A stretch of 41,914 bases of DNA from a bacterium. Lineage in GTDB: Bacteria; Patescibacteriota; Minisyncoccia; JBDRLZ01. The notes beneath the pieces are model-generated. The model was not told the origin of the DNA, searched no databases, and saw only the letters and a list, made by a program, of their open reading frames with translations. Each line of letters begins with the position of its first letter. Position 1 is the stretch's first letter. Location of the stretch: positions 1-41,914 of the forward strand of contig JBDRLZ010000010.1 in NCBI GenBank assembly GCA_043812555.1, read 5' to 3'. Both the position numbers and the translations under genes were made by a program. Below are positions 33,116 through 40,473 of the stretch, in pieces.

Positions 33116-33873
33116 AAGACAGAAATACAACTCAACAAAACAACTACCATGTAATTGCTCGTTTTTATGACGACTTAATGGGTGAGAAAAAATATTTAAT
33201 TTGGGGTGATATAATTGCAGATGTTGTCGCAAAATATAAAATTCCAAAAGGTATTTGTATTGATGTTGCTTGCGGAACAGGCAACATCTCTCAAATATTG
33301 TTAAAGCAAGGATTTGCAGTCGTGGGAGTTGACAGGTCAAAGTACATGCTAGCGATAGCTAAAAAAAAATTACCTCAAGTTGATTTTGTATGTTCAGATA
33401 TTCGCGATTTTGAATTAAAACAGAAGAATGAGGTGGTATTTGCGGTCTCTTTTTATGACTCTTTGAATTATTTGCTGACAGATAAAGATATACTATCTGC
33501 TTTTCAGGCTATTGCTAGAAATATGCCTTCAGGAACTATTTTTCTGTTTGATATGAACACGAGAGAGCACATACTGGTCTCTCAAAAGAATAAACCAAGA
33601 GTGTTTGAATATGATGATTTTTATTCTATCTTTCGCTTTGGCGGAGAAAATCGGATTTGGACGATTGATATGGATTTTTTCATCAAACAGCCTGATGGCA
33701 AATTTCAGCTAATTAAAGAACATCACAAAGAGAGAGCTTATGATGAAAAAGACACGACTCCCTTGTTTCAGAAAGTTGGCTTTGAATTACTAGAAGTTCG
33801 TAGTGAAAACAAGGTCTATGAGGATGGTAAAGAACATTTAAGTAGATTATATTTTATTGTTAAGAGGAGGTGA
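33112..33873 (+). CDS. class I SAM-dependent methyltransferase 1
   Basis: Motif I CIDVACGTGNIS and post-I VVGVDRS. ATGA overlap with the upstream gene. Confidence 0.85.
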   Translation: MKDRNTTQQNNYHVIARFYDDLMGEKKYLIWGDIIADVVAKYKIPKGICIDVACGTGNISQILLKQGFAVVGVDRSKYMLAIAKKKLPQVDFVCSDIRDFELKQKNEVVFAVSFYDSLNYLLTDKDILSAFQAIARNMPSGTIFLFDMNTREHILVSQKNKPRVFEYDDFYSIFRFGGENRIWTIDMDFFIKQPDGKFQLIKEHHKERAYDEKDTTPLFQKVGFELLEVRSENKVYEDGKEHLSRLYFIVKRR

Positions 33874-33878
33874 TATAA

Positions 33879-34007
33879 TTGAAAATCCGACAGTCAAAAA
33901 AGGCAGTCAACAAGCAGAATGTTAACAAAGCAAAACTTAAGCAGGTTAACTGGAAGATGTCGGTAGCAAACTTTTTAAAGAACGGGTGTTTAATAAACGG
34001 AGATTAA
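33879..34007 (+). CDS. candidate RiPP precursor peptide (42 aa, TTG start), absent from the supplied ORF track
   Basis: AGGAGGTGA sits 5-8 nt upstream of TTG 33879. Translation: (M)KIRQSKKAVNKQNVNKAKLKQVNWKMSVANFLKNGCLINGD. The N-terminal part is Lys-rich and leader-like, and a single Cys lies near the C-terminus. A hairpin terminator follows. Confidence 0.5.
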   Translation: MKIRQSKKAVNKQNVNKAKLKQVNWKMSVANFLKNGCLINGD

Positions 34008-34034
34008 AAATAAATCTGTTCTTTAAAAAATAAT

Positions 34035-34081
34035 CAGCCTTTCTGTTGTAGTAAATTAAGCAGAAAGGCTGTCCTTATTTT
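34035..34081 (+). terminator. intra-operon rho-independent terminator/attenuator after the small ORF
   Basis: CAGCCTTTCTG (34035-34045) pairs perfectly with CAGAAAGGCTG (34061-34071). TCCTTATTTT follows. Confidence 0.7.
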
Positions 34082-34096
34082 AGGGAGGCGAATAAA

Positions 34097-34318
34097 ATGC
34101 TTAACCCAAGAGTTAGCTTTGCAGAGAAAAACGGAGTTTGTGCTATTTATTTAGACTTTGATTTTTGGTTTTTGTGGGATGAGCCAGCAATTTGGTTTAA
34201 AAAAATCGCTGAGTCTCCTACAACTACAACATTGTCTAATTCTGATATCCCAGACGACTTTATGGAGTTTCTAAAAACAAATCAAATCTTGATTAAGGAG
34301 ATGATCCAAGATGTTTGA
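34097..34318 (+). CDS. PqqD-like small protein (candidate stand-alone RiPP recognition element)
   Basis: 73 aa with AGGGAGG 8 nt upstream. The pattern RVSFAEKNGVCAIYLDFDFWFLWDEPAIWFKKI resembles the PqqD beta-strand/helix core. Overlaps the next rSAM gene by 8 nt. Confidence 0.55.
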   Translation: MLNPRVSFAEKNGVCAIYLDFDFWFLWDEPAIWFKKIAESPTTTTLSNSDIPDDFMEFLKTNQILIKEMIQDV

Positions 34319-35384
34319 TATGTGCGGATTCAGCTATAATGAATTATTCAATCTGGCTGTTTCCAAGCCAATGATGGCACAGATTAAGCTGACTGATAAC
34401 TGCGAGCAGAATTGTATTTTCTGCATGGCTAGTTGCGATTCTAAAAAGCAAGCAATTGATATGCCCGCTAAAAACTGGTTTAAAATTCTTCTAAAACTGA
34501 AAAACTTAGGAGTGAGCAAGTTGAATTTTACTGGCGGGGAAGTTTTTCTGTATAGCGAAGTCGCAAAGGTATTTGCTTTTGCAAAAGAACAGGGTTTTGT
34601 TATTAGCCCAAGCTCTGATGGATTAACTAGCGTCGTTAAATTTAAAGGTTACATTGATGAAATTTCGTTTTCGGTTCACGGTACAGGCGAAATTCATGAC
34701 AACGTGGTCAGTTGCGAGGGGTCTTTTGAAAAAGTTGCAAAACATATTCAAGAAGCAATTAATTTGGGAATCAGGGTATCGCTGAACACTGTTTTGGCAA
34801 AAGATAATTATAATTACTTTGAAGATGTTTACGACTACTTCAAGGATTTAGGCATTTCTTTTCACTCATTTCCTATTGCAATTAATGCTATTAGCGGTAT
34901 TGATTGCGGTTCGCAGATATTGGATTTAGACAGAGGATTGTTTCTGGACTATTTGGATAAACTAAGAAAGATGTTGCCTGAAAGACTTTCTTGCAAGCAC
35001 GGCCTTGGTGTGATTATGCAAAATAATCCTGAATATTATCAAGAAACAAGAGTGCCATTGCCTGATTGTGCTGGAGGAAAATATAAGCTGGTGATTGAAG
35101 CCGACGGCAGTGTTTATCCATGTAATTTTTTCAGAACGCAAAATTATTATTGTGGAAATATTTTGTATGATAATGAGTTTGAGATTTGGCGTAAAGGCAG
35201 GGGATTTCAGTCTTTTAGAAGATTGATATTAGAAGAAAAAATTCCAAGCAAATGCCGAAGCTGCATTAAAAAATATAAATGCTTTTCTGGATGCAGAGCT
35301 TGGATCCAGAATTACCGACAGGGAGGGTTTTACAATGAAGCAGATTTGCGATGCGAACTTGGGAATGCATATGTTGGAACTTGA
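34311..35384 (+). CDS. radical SAM/SPASM enzyme 2
   Basis: CEQNCIFC cluster. SPASM motif CAGGKYKLVIEADGSVYPC...CRSCIKKYKCFSGC. Confidence 0.88.
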   Translation: MFDMCGFSYNELFNLAVSKPMMAQIKLTDNCEQNCIFCMASCDSKKQAIDMPAKNWFKILLKLKNLGVSKLNFTGGEVFLYSEVAKVFAFAKEQGFVISPSSDGLTSVVKFKGYIDEISFSVHGTGEIHDNVVSCEGSFEKVAKHIQEAINLGIRVSLNTVLAKDNYNYFEDVYDYFKDLGISFHSFPIAINAISGIDCGSQILDLDRGLFLDYLDKLRKMLPERLSCKHGLGVIMQNNPEYYQETRVPLPDCAGGKYKLVIEADGSVYPCNFFRTQNYYCGNILYDNEFEIWRKGRGFQSFRRLILEEKIPSKCRSCIKKYKCFSGCRAWIQNYRQGGFYNEADLRCELGNAYVGT

Positions 35385-36318
35385 AATAACTCACAGGTGC
35401 AATTTGGATTGCAAGATGTGCTATATTTCTGAAAAACGCCAAGTAGATATGCCAACAGAAACTATTAAGCAACTAATTAATTTCGCATTTAAAAATAATG
35501 TTGCCTATTTAGTTATTACTGGTGGCGAAGCTCTTTTGCATCCTGAATTTCCTGAATTATCTAAATATCTTCAGGGTTTAAAAATTAATAGCGCGACAAG
35601 AGTTGTCTTGCATTCAAACAGCATTTTAATTGACGACAATACACTACCGCTGTTAAAGCCTTTTGGCTTAATTCATTTAAGCTTTGATTTAGTGGATTTT
35701 TTGAGAAAAGAGATTAGCCATGTTTTAGATAAGGCTAATCTCTTGAAAGAAGCTGGAATTAATTGTTATCTTTTTGCAACTATCCACAAATGTAATATGC
35801 ATTTGATTGATGAAATAATACAGACATCTCAAAACGAGAAAATAGACCTTGGCTTAAATGTTATGCAACCGAATACTAGAAGTATTGATTATGCTTTATC
35901 TAAACCCGAGTTTTGGCAAGTGAGCAAAAAAATATTTGAGCTAGAAAAACAAGGCTTAATATTGCGCTACACTTGTCCATTGACAGCTATACTGGCAAAT
36001 AAAAAATTAAAAAATTACGGTGGGGTCCAGGGCGGATGCACAGCAGGCATTGCTTCTTGCTCTGTGCTTCCAAATGGCGAAGTTGTGCCGTGCCCATTTT
36101 TTAGAATTCCTGCAGGGAATATTGCAAACGACAGATTAGAAAATATTTGGCTTAAAAGTGATTTATTTGCGGTTTTACGAAACCGGCCTGAATACGCAGA
36201 ACCCTGCGGTTCTTGTGAATATTTATCATTCTGCGGAGGTTGCAGAAGCCGTGCTTATAAAGCACGCGAATCACTTACAGCATGCGACCCAATGTGCCCT
36301 TTTGTTGCGGAGGGATAA
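35335..36318 (+). CDS. radical SAM/SPASM enzyme 3
   Basis: CNLDCKMC cluster. SPASM motif GCTAGIASCSVLPNGEVVPC...CGSCEYLSFCGGC. The start may be Met 35365 or 35371. Overlaps enzyme 2. Confidence 0.88.
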   Translation: MKQICDANLGMHMLELEITHRCNLDCKMCYISEKRQVDMPTETIKQLINFAFKNNVAYLVITGGEALLHPEFPELSKYLQGLKINSATRVVLHSNSILIDDNTLPLLKPFGLIHLSFDLVDFLRKEISHVLDKANLLKEAGINCYLFATIHKCNMHLIDEIIQTSQNEKIDLGLNVMQPNTRSIDYALSKPEFWQVSKKIFELEKQGLILRYTCPLTAILANKKLKNYGGVQGGCTAGIASCSVLPNGEVVPCPFFRIPAGNIANDRLENIWLKSDLFAVLRNRPEYAEPCGSCEYLSFCGGCRSRAYKARESLTACDPMCPFVAEG

Positions 36319-36382
36319 AAGATTAAAAAAACAAACTACTCAGAGTAAAAATTGGCTTTGGGTGGTTTTTTCTTTGACAACC

Positions 36383-36418
36383 CTTTACAAATTTTCCTAG
36401 GTGTGGTAGGGTGAAAAT
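36383..36418 (+). promoter_or_regulatory. promoter/operator-like element, copy 2
   Basis: CTTTACAAATTTtcctAGGTgTGGTAGGGTGAAAAT has the same geometry as copy 1. It lies ~65 nt upstream of the SD-supported ATG 36483. Confidence 0.55.
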
Positions 36419-36482
36419 AAGAGTGAACGTTGAAAATAAAACTTGTGTACTTGGAAAATTCAATATAAAAGGAGGATTTAGA

Positions 36483-37310
36483 ATGTATGCTGATGTTGAT
36501 GCTTTAATAAGGCCCATCCCAGCAGACAAGGAGTTAGAACTACATCCAACAAAGCAAAAATTATTCCAATTATGGGAAGAATATGGCAAGATTAATTACA
36601 ATAATTGGTATAAACTTAGTTTTTTCAAAGAGATTAAAAAAACTCTTGAAGGGATGTTTGTTCCGGTTGGAAACGGCGGGAGTGTGCTGGATGCCGGGTG
36701 CGGACCAGGCACAATGTTCGAGTCTATTTTGAATAAAATGTGGCCGAGAACATTGGTCGGTGCTGATATTTCAAACACTATGCTTAGAAAGGCTGAAAAA
36801 ACAGCGAGAGAGCTGATAAGTCCTCACCTAAAAGTGTTTGACATCAAGAAAATTGATCTAACCGAAACATTGCCATGGGAAGATGACGAATTTGATGCTA
36901 TTGTGTCAAACATCGTGATTTATTACTTGACTGATCCGGGCTGGTCTCATGCAGTTCGCGAGTTTTGCCGCGTCACAAAACATGGAGGACATATTTATGT
37001 TTCCACTCTTTTAGAGGGATGCGATCAGACCGCTCTTATTAAAGAGAATAAATGGAAACTAGAGACGCTTTTTGGCTCGCCCTTTGGATTTATTAATCTT
37101 TTATGGGCGCTAAGACACAAAAAATATCCTGCAATGATCAATGAATGCGCTAAAGAAGCCGGTGTGCGCTATCCAAGCCGTGAAGGACTGTTGAGTCTGT
37201 TAAAAAAGTCAGGAGTAGACGAGATTGTCACCAGAGATATTTTTTGGGGAGCGGGCATAGCTGTCAAAGCTAAGATGAGCAAAATCGCAACAAATTATCG
37301 GCTGAGATAA
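36483..37310 (+). CDS. class I SAM-dependent methyltransferase 2
   Basis: Motif I VLDAGCGPGTM. Start at ATG 36483, 7 nt after AAGGAGG. The ORF-track GTG 36411 lies inside the putative -10 element. Confidence 0.8.
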   Translation: MYADVDALIRPIPADKELELHPTKQKLFQLWEEYGKINYNNWYKLSFFKEIKKTLEGMFVPVGNGGSVLDAGCGPGTMFESILNKMWPRTLVGADISNTMLRKAEKTARELISPHLKVFDIKKIDLTETLPWEDDEFDAIVSNIVIYYLTDPGWSHAVREFCRVTKHGGHIYVSTLLEGCDQTALIKENKWKLETLFGSPFGFINLLWALRHKKYPAMINECAKEAGVRYPSREGLLSLLKKSGVDEIVTRDIFWGAGIAVKAKMSKIATNYRLR

Positions 37311-37341
37311 AATCAACCTATCTCAGCCTTTTCTTTTTTTT
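37300..37341 (+). terminator. rho-independent terminator closing the cluster
   Basis: GGCTGAGATA (37300-37309) pairs with TATCTCAGCC (37319-37328). TTTTCTTTTTTTT follows. Confidence 0.8.
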
Positions 37342-37367
37342 AGACTTGTATTATAATTATTTTTGAG

Positions 37368-39560
37368 ATGGATATTAAGGCTATAATTATATTAGTTGCC
37401 TTTGCTAACCTATTTTTGGGAGGGCTTTTATTTTTCAGAAGCAAAAGAAAAATAACAAACACAGCCTTTGCTTTTGTACCAATCTCTCTCGGTATGTGGT
37501 CTTTTACTTTATATTTTTACGAACGCCCAGTTGTATTTTCAAGCTTTATCTGGATTAAGATTGTTTATTCGATCGTTTTAATCGCTTTTATTCCAAGCTA
37601 TTTCTATTTTGCTTTAATCTTCCCAGAACCGCCAAAACAGAAAAGAAAAGTTTTTTTGCCGATGGCAAGTTATTGCACCTTATCATTGGTTTTTCTTTAT
37701 ATTCTCTGGTTTACTGATTTATGGATTAAAGATGTAATAAAAATTTCCGGACAAGTGGAAACAATTTTGGGCCCGGCTTATTTGTTTTTTTGTATTTTCG
37801 CTAGTTTATTCGGTTTTGCATGGTTTATCGCAATTCTAATCAAAAAATATTTTAAAGCAAAGGGTATTTTAAAAATGCAGCTACGTTATATTTTTGTCGG
37901 GCTTTTCCTCTGCCTTGTTTTTGTAATAATTTTGGACGCAATATTACCTTTGGCCGCAAACAATACCAGATATTTTTGGCTCAGCACTTGCGGCTCTTTA
38001 TTCGCCGTTGCGGCTACAATTTACGCAATCACTCGCTACCGCCTAATGGATGTCCGCTTGATACTTCAAAGAAGCGGGGTTTTTCTGCTGGCTTTAAGTA
38101 TTGTTGTCGGCTTGACTATTTCCTCAATATGGCTAATGGCTCATTTGATGAATTACAGCCCAAATCCAGTTCTGATGATTGGCGGGGCAATGGCCATGGC
38201 TTTAACTATCGCCTTGTTTGTGCCGCTCCGTTCCCGGCTTCAAAAATTAGCTGATAAATTGTTTTTCAAAAAAATTATTTCTTACCAACAAACCCTCAAA
38301 AAAATCTCTGATAAACTCTTAACCATTATTGATCTTGATAAACTGATAAGCTTGCTTGTTGAAACAACCAAAAACACCATGGGCTTGGAAAGAGCTGGGG
38401 TATTATTAAGAGATAATCAAACTAGCCAGTTTAAGATTCAGAAAATCATTGGTTTTAAAGAAGAGAACGGCATTTCTCTGGTCAGAGACAACTTTTTGAC
38501 AGAGCATCTGCAGAAAACAAAAAAGCCGCTTGTTTATGAAGAATTAAAACTGATGATTAGAGATGCGCTAGATGAGCAAATCAGAAATAGCCTTGTTAAT
38601 TTAAGAGATAATATGAAGCGGATTGAGGCAGTACTCTGTCTACCCTTAATTGTCAAAGATAAACTCGAGGGCCTCGTTGTTTTGGGCCGAAAACTATCAG
38701 AAGATGCTTATTCAAGAGAAGATCTAGAAATTCTTGAAATCTTAGCCAATCAAACCTCAATTGCTATAGAAAATGCCCGGCTCTATGCCGAAGTCAATGA
38801 TTTAAAAGAGAATCTTGAAGGGAAAGTTGCTGAGCAGACCAAAAGCATTACCGAGCTCCTGGGTATGAAAACCGAACTCTTGAATACCATTTCCCATCAA
38901 CTGCGCACGCCAACAACTATTTTTAGAAGTATGTTATCAATGATCAGCGAGGGCGATGTGGCTGGAGCGCAGAAAGAACAATTTATCAAAGACTCTTATG
39001 CAGCAGCTAACAGATTATTGTTAATTGTTGACTCAATTATGGAAGCCTCAACTTTTGAAGGCAAACTGCCTGATTTTGAGTTTAAAGCCGCTCAAGTTGA
39101 TGATATTATTCATCAGTCAATGAAGATATTTGAAGTCATTGCCAAAGCTAAGAGAATTGATTTAGCATATCAGAAATCAAAAGAACCCTTGCCAACCATT
39201 ATGGCTGACGAGAATTATCTTAAATCAGCTTTAAACAAACTTATTGACAATGCTATCTGGTATACCAAAGAAAAAGGCAAGGTCACAATCTCAACTGAAC
39301 ATAATAAACAAGGCAAGACAATCTCAATTAAAGTCCAAGACACTGGCATTGGTCTAACCCAAGAAGACAAAGACATTCTCTTCCAGAAGTTCAAAAGAGG
39401 CCGCGGCTCAAAAACAATGAATGTCAACTCATCAGGTTTAAGTCTCTTTATTGCCAAATCAATTGTTGAAGGCCACAAAGGCACAATCCAAGCCAAATCC
39501 GAAGGCGAAGACAGGGGGTCAACTTTTACAATGACTATCCCTGTGTTACAGGAGATCTAA
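37368..39560 (+). CDS. membrane sensor histidine kinase (polytopic N-domain, GAF, HisKA, HATPase_c)
   Basis: About 7 TM helices. GAF-like region (...LCLPLIVKDKLEGLVVLGRK...). H-box ISHQLRTPTT, N-box LIDNAIWYT and G-boxes QDTGIGL / SSGLSLFIAK. Confidence 0.88.
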   Translation: MDIKAIIILVAFANLFLGGLLFFRSKRKITNTAFAFVPISLGMWSFTLYFYERPVVFSSFIWIKIVYSIVLIAFIPSYFYFALIFPEPPKQKRKVFLPMASYCTLSLVFLYILWFTDLWIKDVIKISGQVETILGPAYLFFCIFASLFGFAWFIAILIKKYFKAKGILKMQLRYIFVGLFLCLVFVIILDAILPLAANNTRYFWLSTCGSLFAVAATIYAITRYRLMDVRLILQRSGVFLLALSIVVGLTISSIWLMAHLMNYSPNPVLMIGGAMAMALTIALFVPLRSRLQKLADKLFFKKIISYQQTLKKISDKLLTIIDLDKLISLLVETTKNTMGLERAGVLLRDNQTSQFKIQKIIGFKEENGISLVRDNFLTEHLQKTKKPLVYEELKLMIRDALDEQIRNSLVNLRDNMKRIEAVLCLPLIVKDKLEGLVVLGRKLSEDAYSREDLEILEILANQTSIAIENARLYAEVNDLKENLEGKVAEQTKSITELLGMKTELLNTISHQLRTPTTIFRSMLSMISEGDVAGAQKEQFIKDSYAAANRLLLIVDSIMEASTFEGKLPDFEFKAAQVDDIIHQSMKIFEVIAKAKRIDLAYQKSKEPLPTIMADENYLKSALNKLIDNAIWYTKEKGKVTISTEHNKQGKTISIKVQDTGIGLTQEDKDILFQKFKRGRGSKTMNVNSSGLSLFIAKSIVEGHKGTIQAKSEGEDRGSTFTMTIPVLQEI

Positions 39561-39595
39561 TTTTAAAAAAAAGAAATTAATAATCAACAAAAATT

Positions 39596-39730
39596 ATGAA
39601 AAGAACTTATCAGCCAAAAAAGAGAAAAAGAAAGAGAGAGCACGGGTTTATGGCTCGGAAGAGAACTAAGCCAGGCCGCCGCGTTTTAAAGAGGCGAAGA
39701 GCTAAAGGCAGGAAGAAATTAACTGTTTAG
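39596..39730 (+). CDS. rpmH: 50S ribosomal protein L34, absent from the supplied ORF track
   Basis: Translation: [44 protein letters not shown], a canonical L34 sequence. It precedes rnpA. Confidence 0.92.
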   Translation: MKRTYQPKKRKRKREHGFMARKRTKPGRRVLKRRRAKGRKKLTV

Positions 39731-39732
39731 TT

Positions 39733-40008
39733 ATGCCTGATTTTCTTTATCTAAAATACAAGCCAAACACTCTCCAGGAAAACCGATTTCGTATAATCGT
39801 GAGTTTAAAAGTTTCTAAAAAAGCTGTTATCCGCAATAAAATCAGGCGGCGAATTAAAGAAATTTTGCGTCAGCTTGAATTGAAGACTGGCTATGATATA
39901 GTTGTTATTACTAATAAAGAGATTATTAACAAGAGCTTTAGAGAGATCAAAGAAAAAATCTTGTTTTTGTTAAGACAAAAGACATTGATGTTTGACATCA
40001 AACAATAA
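39733..40008 (+). CDS. rnpA: ribonuclease P protein component
   Basis: RNR-type motif (AVIRNKIRRRIKE). 91 aa. Directly downstream of rpmH. Confidence 0.85.
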   Translation: MPDFLYLKYKPNTLQENRFRIIVSLKVSKKAVIRNKIRRRIKEILRQLELKTGYDIVVITNKEIINKSFREIKEKILFLLRQKTLMFDIKQ

Positions 40009-40029
40009 TTATTTTATTATATAAATAAT

Positions 40030-40403
40030 ATGCAATTTTATAGTTTTACAACAATTTTTGAGCCGGAAGAAGACAATAAAAATGTTTACAATGCTCGCGT
40101 TCCAGCTTTGTCTGGCTGTTTTTTTTTGGAGACAGCTTAGAAGAGGCGCGCTATAATATTTGCGAAGCAGCTGAGCTTTACTTAGAAGCTCTTTTACAAG
40201 ATGGGGAATCTATACCAAAAGACAAGAAAATAAAAACTGCCAAGAACTCTGTTGTTGAAGAATTAATAGTTGGGGTGGATTTTGATGTTAAAACTGGTTT
40301 TAATTCTTCAGTTCACAAAGGCAGAGATATCCCAAAGGGCACATTGGGTAATATTATTAGGTGCAGCGGTTTAGCCAAAGCAGAATTCTTAAAGTATTTA
40401 TAA
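40030..40403 (+). pseudogene. hicB-like antitoxin gene frameshifted in a T9 run and fused to the tail of a hicA-like toxin gene
   Basis: Frame 1 reads MQFYSFTTIFEPEEDNKNVYNARVPALSGCFF... and stops at 40138. The next frame continues GDSLEEARYNICEAAELYLEALLQDGESIP (HicB core) and ends ...HKGRDIPKGTLGNIIRCSGLAKAEFLKYL (HicA-like C-terminus). Confidence 0.6.
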
Positions 40404-40473
40404 AGAAGAGCAAATCTTGCAATTTTTTAAATAATTTGTTTTAATTGAATTAGCTAAGAAAAAGGAGACAAAC

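Noticed and set aside
32981-33340. 119-aa minus-strand ORF across the rSAM-1 / methyltransferase-1 junction; the similar 36323-36589 lies across the methyltransferase-2 start
   Set aside because: They are antisense to strongly supported plus-strand genes in an otherwise uniformly plus-strand operon. Their composition is Cys/Leu/Phe-rich shadow-frame sequence.
33919-33966. Alternative 15-aa ORF (MLTKQNLSRLTGRCR) in another frame within the candidate precursor region
   Set aside because: It has no SD, is nested within the better-supported TTG-start frame and is very short.
36411-36482. 24-codon stretch (V)KIRVNVENKTCVLGKFNIKGGFR upstream of methyltransferase 2 as a possible second precursor peptide; it begins KIR like the 42-aa ORF and contains Cys
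   Set aside because: There is no stop codon before the methyltransferase ATG, so it cannot be a separate peptide. Its GTG lies inside the putative -10 hexamer. The similarity to the 42-aa ORF is limited to three residues in AT-rich sequence.
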